This document shows, piece after piece, positions 57,127 through 64,000 of a DNA stretch of 64,000 bases (positions are counted from its first letter, which is position 1; every line of letters starts with the position of its first letter). Position numbers and translations under genes: made by a program. Source of the DNA: Thermomicrobiales bacterium (GTDB lineage: Bacteria; Chloroflexota; Chloroflexia; Thermomicrobiales; UBA6265). The stretch lies in NCBI GenBank assembly GCA_035708745.1, contig DASTFJ010000250.1, positions 76,987 to 140,986 on the forward strand, given 5' to 3'. The notes below the pieces were generated by a model. The model was given only the letters and a program-made list of their open reading frames with translations, was not told the DNA's origin and ran no database searches.

Positions 57127-59085
57127 TTACGTCATGCGCGGCGCGCTCGGTCCACCCAACACCCGAGCGGTACCGGCAGGCGAATCTGCGGCTCGGCGAG
57201 AATGTTCCAATGCGTCGAAACCGAAAAGCACAGCCATACGGGCGGGTAGGCACAGTGCGATGTCCGAACCATCGCTTCGAAGGTAGCGCTCGATTTCGCC
57301 CGGCTCTGGCTTGGGATTCGCCGTGGACATCATGACGCTCCACTGGTTTGCTTCTACCGTGCATGCCAGCTCCAGCTCGCTTGACGGCATCGTGAGCTCA
57401 GCGCCAAAGTTCGCAATCAGGACACGATGTGAGCCATCGCGCCACCGGTGCAGCATCAGCGCCGCACCACCCAGCGGCTGCGCGTGGCTGAGCGATCGGT
57501 TCTGCACCGCGAACACGGGATCCCCGTGTCGAAGCTGGAGCAATCGCTGGTACAGCGCGTACGTGGCTCCGTGCTCATCGCGTTCTGACAGCCGAAGCAT
57601 AGAGGAGCGAAAGGTCTCCTCTGCCTGCGGATCGGGAATATGTCGCTGAGCGCGCTCGTCCGAAAACGCGCGGAACCCGGCGAACTCCTTCCGCCGGCCC
57701 TCGGTGACAAGCCGGCCCAATTCCTCATGATGATCGGTGAAAAAGCGGAACGGCGTCGATGCGGCGAATTCCTGGCCCATGAAGATCAGCGGCGTTTCTG
57801 GCGCCAGCAGAAGGACGCTCGATGCCACCAGAAACCGGTCGCGGTCGATCTCGTGATGGATCCGCTCGCCCAACGGGCGGTTGCCGATCTGGTCGTGATT
57901 CTGCAGGTTGAAGACGAACGCGCTCGCCGGTTCATCGGAGATCGGTGTCCCGCGCTTCCGCTTCCAGAAATCAGAAACGTCGCCCTGGTAGAAGAACCCA
58001 TCGTTCAGCGCCTTGGCAAGATCCTCGACCGAGCCCGAAAAGTCGACGTAGTAGCCCTCCCAGGCATTCGAAAGCAAGACCCACATCTCGTGGTGGAAAT
58101 CATCGGCCCAGACGGCATCGATTCCATAGCCGCCATCGGCCACCGGTGTGATCGTCCTCACTTCGTTGCGCGCATCCTCGGCAATGATCACCACATCCCG
58201 GTCGACCGCTGCGCGCACCCGCTGTTGCAGCTCGGCCAGGAGATGTGGTTCGCTGTCGTCGCGAATGGTATCGACGGCATCGAGTCGCAATCCGTCGAAG
58301 TGATAGTCCCGCACCCATTGGATCGCGTTGTCGATCGCAAAATCCCGTACGAACTGGGCGTTAGGACCGTCGTAGTTGAGCGCATCGCCCCACGGGGTGT
58401 GATGCCGGTCCGTGAAATAGTCCGCGCTGTAGCGCCGCAGGTAATTCCCATCCGGACCCAGGTGGTTATAGACCACATCGAGCAGGACACCCAATCCAAG
58501 CTGGTGCGCCCGATCGACGAGTCGCTGCAGATCGTTCGGATGGCCATAGGCGCGAGAGGGGGCATAAAGTGCGACCCCGTCGTATCCCCAATTCCAGCGG
58601 CCCGGAAAGTCAGCTACCGGCATCAACTCGATGACGCGCACTCCGAGCCGCACGATCGCTTCGAGCTGCCTGCTAAGCGCATCGAACGTACCTTCGGATG
58701 TATAGGCTCCCACATGAAGTTCGTAGATCGACAGATTCTCATTGCGCAGCCCCGGCCACGCATCGTCGGTCCAATCGAACGCGCCCAGATCGATCACCTC
58801 GGAAGGGCCATGCACCCCGAAGGGTTGAAAACGCGAGCGCGGATCCGGCGTACCGGGTGTCCCGTCTACACTGAATTGGTAGCGCGTGCCTGCGGTGGCA
58901 TCGCGAACCAGCGTGGAGTAGATGCCGCGCTCATTGCGTTCCATGGGATATCTGGTCACATCGTCGCCAGCTTCGACAAGCAGATCCATTCGCTCTGCGG
59001 CGGGCGCCCAAATGCCGAACTGGATGCCGTCAGACGTAATGTTGGCTCCAAGGGGTTGGTCTGCCTGATCTGAGGAAGTGCTCAT
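57127..59085 (-). CDS. treZ: Malto-oligosyltrehalose trehalohydrolase
   Basis: GH13 motifs DVVYNH, GLRLDAVD and IAEDA. ATG 59085 chosen (MSTSSDQ), 4 nt after the treY stop. Confidence 0.9.
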   Translation of the reverse strand: MSTSSDQADQPLGANITSDGIQFGIWAPAAERMDLLVEAGDDVTRYPMERNERGIYSTLVRDATAGTRYQFSVDGTPGTPDPRSRFQPFGVHGPSEVIDLGAFDWTDDAWPGLRNENLSIYELHVGAYTSEGTFDALSRQLEAIVRLGVRVIELMPVADFPGRWNWGYDGVALYAPSRAYGHPNDLQRLVDRAHQLGLGVLLDVVYNHLGPDGNYLRRYSADYFTDRHHTPWGDALNYDGPNAQFVRDFAIDNAIQWVRDYHFDGLRLDAVDTIRDDSEPHLLAELQQRVRAAVDRDVVIIAEDARNEVRTITPVADGGYGIDAVWADDFHHEMWVLLSNAWEGYYVDFSGSVEDLAKALNDGFFYQGDVSDFWKRKRGTPISDEPASAFVFNLQNHDQIGNRPLGERIHHEIDRDRFLVASSVLLLAPETPLIFMGQEFAASTPFRFFTDHHEELGRLVTEGRRKEFAGFRAFSDERAQRHIPDPQAEETFRSSMLRLSERDEHGATYALYQRLLQLRHGDPVFAVQNRSLSHAQPLGGAALMLHRWRDGSHRVLIANFGAELTMPSSELELACTVEANQWSVMMSTANPKPEPGEIERYLRSDGSDIALCLPARMAVLFGFDALEHSRRAADSPAGTARVLGGPSAPRMT

Positions 59086-59089
59086 GAAC

Positions 59090-62000
59090 CTAACGAATTC
59101 CCTTCGGAGATCGACTGCCGACAGCCCGTTTCGGGGCGTTTCCAACGAGGGCAACTGGAAAGTTTTCGAGCAATGATTCGACGGCGATGGCGCGCTCTCC
59201 TTCGTGCACATCCGGCCGGAGCCGAGTCCCGGTAAATTCATTGACAGAGCGTTCGTCGGCTAGCGATTCGTCCAGCACGAGATACGTACCGCGCCAGATC
59301 TCGCCGATCGGTGCCTGGTCGGCGCGGTCGATGAGCTCACCGATCAGCCGCGGAACCACCACGATCGCCCACTGGTCACCCCACGATCGACGAAAGGCGA
59401 CCAGGTTTCCAGATCGTGGTCCACGGACCTCCAGCGAAACATAGTCGCCGCGCGCATAGAGGTCCGCGTGCGCCGTTCGATGCGCGAGCGCGCGCGCAGT
59501 GAGGTAGAGCTTGATTCGCCCACTTGGGAGATCGGCCAGTAATTCCCCGGCCAGCTCGAGGCTCGGAGCAGTTACCAGAAGCTCATCGAGAAGGGCATCT
59601 CGGTATTCGAAGTCGACCGGGCGCCGGTTGTCAGGATCGACCAGGCTCAGGTCCCAAAGTTCCGTTCCCTGATAGATGTCCGGCACCCCTGGCGCTGTCA
59701 GCTTGAGCAATTGCTGCGAAAGGGATGAAAACGCGCCGATCTGCATGAATTGCGGCATGAACCCTCGGAAGTCGTCCAGAAAGGTGTTATCCGAACCGGG
59801 GTCGAGCAGCGCGGCCACGAAGTCGGATAACGCGGCTTCATACCTCTCGTCGGGATTGATCCAGCTCGTGTGCGTCTGCCCTTCGCGGGCGGCTTTGATC
59901 ATGTATTTGGTCACGCGCTCCCGCAACGACGCATCGGCAGCCCGATCGTCGAACGGCCAGATACCGACCAGTGTCTGATAGAAGTGAAATTCGTCATTGC
60001 GGTCTGGAGCAGCCCGGCCCTGTATCCGTGATTTGTGCCGCCGGTTCAAGCGGGACCAGCGGTTGACTGCGGCTCGCCATTCGCGCGGCAGCTCCGTCAA
60101 TGCGCTGATGCGGGTACGGGCGTCTTCACTACGCTTGGTGTCGTGCGTCGACGAGGCCAGCAGCGCATTCGGCCACCGCTGCGAACGCGCGACGGCATCG
60201 CGATGAAACTCCTCCACCGACGTGCCGAATGCCGCCGGATCGCTCCCCACTTCGTTGAGCGAGAGGAGCCGGTTGTAGCGGTAAAAAGCCGTGTCCTCCA
60301 CCCCCTTGGCCATGACCGGACCGGTCAGCTGTTGGAATTTCATGACGAACCGGCTGATCGCCGCGCCTTCTTCGTCCGATGCGTCCTCCGGGATTCGAAG
60401 TTGCAGCACTTCGCGAATGAACTCGAAGACGCCGGGATCGGACCCGGGATTGCGCCGCAGCGCCTGATCGACCGCCTGATCGATCGATCGCCGCTCCCGT
60501 GGATCGACCGGCTCGCCGCCAGCGGTGAGGTACGTCCGATAGATCGGAAAACAGGCGATGATCTCGCGCAGCGCATCCCGCAAATTGTTCAGCGTGTAAT
60601 CTCGCGTGCGCCGGTTTTGCTCGGTCAGCCGGTCGAGCGCGCGGGCAAGGACATTGACCTCGCTCACCAGCGCCACCTGCATGATTCGCATCTTCATCGC
60701 ATAGATGAGGTCGTCGACGGAGGTGCGGTCACCCGCGATTCGGGCGTAGATCTCATCGAAGATGCGCCGGTTGCCCGGCTGGACGAATAAACCGGTTACG
60801 ATACGAGCGAACTCGTAGCCAACCGTTCCCGCCACCGGCCAGTCGGCTGGCAGCTGCTCCCCCGCTTCGAGAATCTTTTCGACCACCAGGTAAAGCGGAT
60901 CGATAACGAGCCGGTTCTGCCAGAGCTCGTCCAGCTCTGCCTGCCATTCTTTCCAGGTCGATTCGTCCAGCGGCTTCGAGCGCCGCGACTCGATTGTCGT
61001 GCGAACCTGGGCGAGAAAAGCCGCCTTCTGCAGCGCATGGAGGTATCCGGCCGGATTCCAGAGCCCATCCAGGTGATCGATCCGCACGCCGGTCACCGAA
61101 CCCTCCCCGATTAATGAAAGGAGCAACTGGCTGGTCGTCTCGAAAACGATCGGCACTTCCTGTCGGATTGCGGCCAGTTCGTTGATAGCGAAAAAGCGCC
61201 GGTAGTTGATTTCCTCCGCGGCCACGCGCCAAAACGCCAGCCGGTACGATTGCGCGTCCAGCAATGCCTCGAGCTCGTCGTAGGAAGCCGCGTCACCGGC
61301 GAAGCCATTGACCCGCTCCAGCACCCGGGCGAGGGCATCCCGCATCGGTGCTTCCGCGGCGATCAGGACAGCGAGCCGGTGCTTGCCCAAGAGCTGTTCG
61401 CGCCGCCGATCCGCCAGCTTCTCCGGATCGGTTTCCTCGTTCGGCACGAGCCGCTCGAAGGCGGCGATGATGCTTTCCAACTCCAGCAGGGCGATATCGT
61501 TCGGCTGATACGCATCCTGAACGGCGACGAGCATTCGCCGCAGGAGAAGTGGATACGTCGGCGGGGCGATCGGAAACGGCGTCTCGTAGTAGTCGACTCG
61601 AAAGGCTCCGTCACCGAACGCGAGGCGGAGTTCGCCGCACTCGAGCACTCTGCCGAATTGATCTCCGAGGATCGGCACCAGCACCTGGTCCCGCAGCTCG
61701 CGCTTGAGCGGCAACCAATCGATATCGAAATAGGAGGCGAATTCTGACGCCCGGCCATTCTCGAGCACGTCCTGCCACCAGGGGTTCGCCCCTCCGCCGA
61801 TGCCCATATGATTGGGCACGAAATCCAGGACCAAACTCATTCCATGCGCATCGAGCGCAGCAACCAGCGCATCGAACCCCGCGCGTCCGCCCAGTTCCTC
61901 GTCGATTCGATTGAAATCGACGACGTCATAGCCGTGCATGCTGCCGCTGGTCGACGCCCAAACCGGAGAGGCGTAGAGATGAGAAACCCCGAGCCGCGCC

Positions 62001-62140
62001 AGATACGGCACGATCTCGCGCGCGGCGGCGAACGGAAACTCCGCGTGAAGCTGCAGCCGGTATGTTGCGCGCGGCGCGGGTGACGGGGTTTGCAGGATAC
62101 GTGTCGCAAGCGCGCGATCACGCCGAGTCAGTCCAGCCAC
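59090..62140 (-). CDS. treY: Malto-oligosyltrehalose synthase
   Basis: ATYRLQLHAEFPF...LGVSHLYASPV and LVLDFVPNHMG motifs. GTG start. Confidence 0.9.
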   Translation of the reverse strand: MAGLTRRDRALATRILQTPSPAPRATYRLQLHAEFPFAAAREIVPYLARLGVSHLYASPVWASTSGSMHGYDVVDFNRIDEELGGRAGFDALVAALDAHGMSLVLDFVPNHMGIGGGANPWWQDVLENGRASEFASYFDIDWLPLKRELRDQVLVPILGDQFGRVLECGELRLAFGDGAFRVDYYETPFPIAPPTYPLLLRRMLVAVQDAYQPNDIALLELESIIAAFERLVPNEETDPEKLADRRREQLLGKHRLAVLIAAEAPMRDALARVLERVNGFAGDAASYDELEALLDAQSYRLAFWRVAAEEINYRRFFAINELAAIRQEVPIVFETTSQLLLSLIGEGSVTGVRIDHLDGLWNPAGYLHALQKAAFLAQVRTTIESRRSKPLDESTWKEWQAELDELWQNRLVIDPLYLVVEKILEAGEQLPADWPVAGTVGYEFARIVTGLFVQPGNRRIFDEIYARIAGDRTSVDDLIYAMKMRIMQVALVSEVNVLARALDRLTEQNRRTRDYTLNNLRDALREIIACFPIYRTYLTAGGEPVDPRERRSIDQAVDQALRRNPGSDPGVFEFIREVLQLRIPEDASDEEGAAISRFVMKFQQLTGPVMAKGVEDTAFYRYNRLLSLNEVGSDPAAFGTSVEEFHRDAVARSQRWPNALLASSTHDTKRSEDARTRISALTELPREWRAAVNRWSRLNRRHKSRIQGRAAPDRNDEFHFYQTLVGIWPFDDRAADASLRERVTKYMIKAAREGQTHTSWINPDERYEAALSDFVAALLDPGSDNTFLDDFRGFMPQFMQIGAFSSLSQQLLKLTAPGVPDIYQGTELWDLSLVDPDNRRPVDFEYRDALLDELLVTAPSLELAGELLADLPSGRIKLYLTARALAHRTAHADLYARGDYVSLEVRGPRSGNLVAFRRSWGDQWAIVVVPRLIGELIDRADQAPIGEIWRGTYLVLDESLADERSVNEFTGTRLRPDVHEGERAIAVESLLENFPVALVGNAPKRAVGSRSPKGIR

Positions 62141-62371
62141 GTGTCGTTATTCGATCCGAATGGAAGCGCGGAGCGCTCGAAAAACGATGATCGACAAGAA
62201 CCGGCGTACTATCGGAGTACAAGCTGACCGGCAAGCGACGAGCGCTTGCCCGCACAGACGGTTCCTAACGTCTGGACAACCTTAGTTCAGGCGTTGACCG
62301 CTGACTGTTTTCCGAGAGGTCCGGGCTGGCATCCTGTCCGTTACCTCCGTCGTACCCCTGGAAGCGTCTCG

Positions 62372-64000
62372 ATGCCGAACAAAACCGATTCTCGTCAGGA
62401 CACAGTGCTTCCCGGCGTTCCGTACCCACTGGGCGCCACCCTCGACGAATCCGGCACCAACTTTGCGCTCTTCAGCGAACACGCCACCGCCGTGACCCTT
62501 TGCCTCTTCGATGACGACGGCTCGGAGCGCCAATTTCCGCTCACCGAGGTAACCGCTCACGTCTGGCACGGGTACCTCCCAGGGGTCGCTCCTGGACAGC
62601 TCTATGGTTACCGCGTGGATGGTCCTTATGCGCCCGATGAGGGGCATCGATTCAATGCGGCCAAGCTGCTGGTCGATCCCTATGCCAAGGCGTTGTCAGG
62701 TGAGGTGAATTGGGACGCTCCGGTCTTTGGCTACGCCGTCACCGGGAAGCCCGACGCCGATTTGACCCCCGACGAGGAGGACAGCTCCTGGGGTATGCCG
62801 AAATCGCTGGTCGTCGATCCCACGTTCGATTGGGGCGACACGCGGCCACCCGCCACGCCACTGCACCGCTCGGTTATCTATGAGATGCACGTCAAAGGAT
62901 TTACCGAGCTCCATCCCGAAGTCGATCCGGAGATGCGAGGCACCTATGCGGGTGTGGCCCACCCGGCTGCTATCGCCCACTTGCAGCAACTGGGGGTGAC
63001 GGCGGTCGAGCTCCTCCCGGTTCATGCTTTTCTGACCGGCAAGCACCTGGTCGATAAGGGGCTCACGAACTATTGGGGTTACAACACTCTCAACTTCTTC
63101 GCTCCGGAAGCTCGGTACAGCGGCAGCGGGGACCGCGGGGATCAGGTTCGCGAATTCAAGGAGATGGTCAAGGCACTGCATCGGGTGGGTATCGAGGTCA
63201 TTCTCGATGTCGTTTACAACCACACCGCCGAGGGAAGCGAGCTCGGTCCGACGCTCTCCTTTCGCGGCATCGACAACGCCGCCTACTATCGTTTGGTCGA
63301 GGACGACCCCCGCTTCTACATGGATTACACCGGCACCGGCAATACGCTCGACGCGCACAATCCGCAGACCCTTCAGCTCATCATGGACTCGCTACGTTAC
63401 TGGGTGCTCGAAATGCACGTCGATGGCTTCCGCTTCGATCTGGCATCCGCGCTGGCCCGCGAGCTCTACGATGTCGACCGGCTCTCGGCTTTTTTCGACA
63501 TCATCCATCAGGATCCGGTAGTGTCTCAGGTCAAGCTCATCGCCGAGCCCTGGGATATCGGCGAAGGCGGTTATCAGGTCGGCCAGTTTCCCGTGTTATG
63601 GGCGGAATGGAATGGCCGCTACCGCGATGCCGTGCGCGGATTCTGGCGCGGCGATGAGCGTCACGCCGCCGAGATCGCCTATCGACTCTCCGGTTCGTCC
63701 GATCTCTACCAGCACGACGGCCGGCGTCCTTACGCCAGCATCAACTTCATCACCGCGCATGACGGGTTCACGCTGGCCGATCTGGTCTCGTACGAGCACA
63801 AGCACAACGAAGCCAACGGCGAGAACAACCGCGACGGTGCGGACGACAACCTCTCGATGAATTTCGGTCATGAGGGACCGACGGACGACCCCGCGATCCG
63901 CTGTTTGCGTGCCCGTCAGCAGCGTACGATGCTGGCCACCCTCCTGCTTTCCCAGGGCGTACCGATGATCACGTCGGGCGATGAAATCGGCCGCACCCAG
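62372..64000 (+). CDS. glgX: Glycogen debranching enzyme GlgX, 3' end outside the window
   Basis: The frame is open from ATG 62372 to the window edge, which is why it is absent from the ORF track. [57 protein letters not shown] and GFRFDLA motifs. Confidence 0.9.
   Translation, partial: MPNKTDSRQDTVLPGVPYPLGATLDESGTNFALFSEHATAVTLCLFDDDGSERQFPLTEVTAHVWHGYLPGVAPGQLYGYRVDGPYAPDEGHRFNAAKLLVDPYAKALSGEVNWDAPVFGYAVTGKPDADLTPDEEDSSWGMPKSLVVDPTFDWGDTRPPATPLHRSVIYEMHVKGFTELHPEVDPEMRGTYAGVAHPAAIAHLQQLGVTAVELLPVHAFLTGKHLVDKGLTNYWGYNTLNFFAPEARYSGSGDRGDQVREFKEMVKALHRVGIEVILDVVYNHTAEGSELGPTLSFRGIDNAAYYRLVEDDPRFYMDYTGTGNTLDAHNPQTLQLIMDSLRYWVLEMHVDGFRFDLASALARELYDVDRLSAFFDIIHQDPVVSQVKLIAEPWDIGEGGYQVGQFPVLWAEWNGRYRDAVRGFWRGDERHAAEIAYRLSGSSDLYQHDGRRPYASINFITAHDGFTLADLVSYEHKHNEANGENNRDGADDNLSMNFGHEGPTDDPAIRCLRARQQRTMLATLLLSQGVPMITSGDEIGRTQ

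Overview
GC-rich, densely coding bacterial chromosomal window with about 60 protein genes, one intact tRNA, and no rRNA, CRISPR array or intact transposase. I cannot assign a taxon from sequence alone. All family names come from motif recognition by eye, not from database searches.

Gene content, left to right:
- 1-5.4 kb: tail of a cysteine desulfurase gene, then a minus-strand operon of OppD/OppF-like ABC ATPases, site-2 protease, HD protein, scpA and scpB.
- 6.5-7.4 kb: an ORF-free, hairpin-dense unit that ends in a strong intrinsic terminator (candidate large ncRNA), followed by a frameshifted Nudix gene.
- 8-11.8 kb: a Crp/Fnr regulator, a perfect TTGCG-N4-CGCAA box, and a tightly coupled operon of DUF1858, DUF59 and DUF2249 proteins plus a 12-TM membrane protein.
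- 12.2-14 kb: a cytochrome P450, then tRNA-Arg(CCG) followed by a dead tyrosine-recombinase gene.
- 14-32 kb: transporters, channels, a MalT-like regulator and stress-type proteins, with repeated DUF1269-like and DUF4397 paralogs.
- 32.7-42.4 kb: an arginine deiminase operon (arcA, arcB, arcC) with an NhaC antiporter and a P-type ATPase embedded in it.
- 45.8-64 kb: glycogen and trehalose genes (GH63-like glucosidase, GDE, treZ, treY, glgX).

Most notable: at 54.1-57.0 kb an intact Pol II-like family-B DNA polymerase sits between a tRNA-Arg(CCU)-like relic with a second, homologous integrase relic on one side and a tRNA-Arg(CCG)-like relic on the other. The CCG-like relic matches the intact tRNA at 45 of 52 positions by hand alignment. 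This points to decayed tRNA-targeting integrative element(s) that carried a replicative polymerase.
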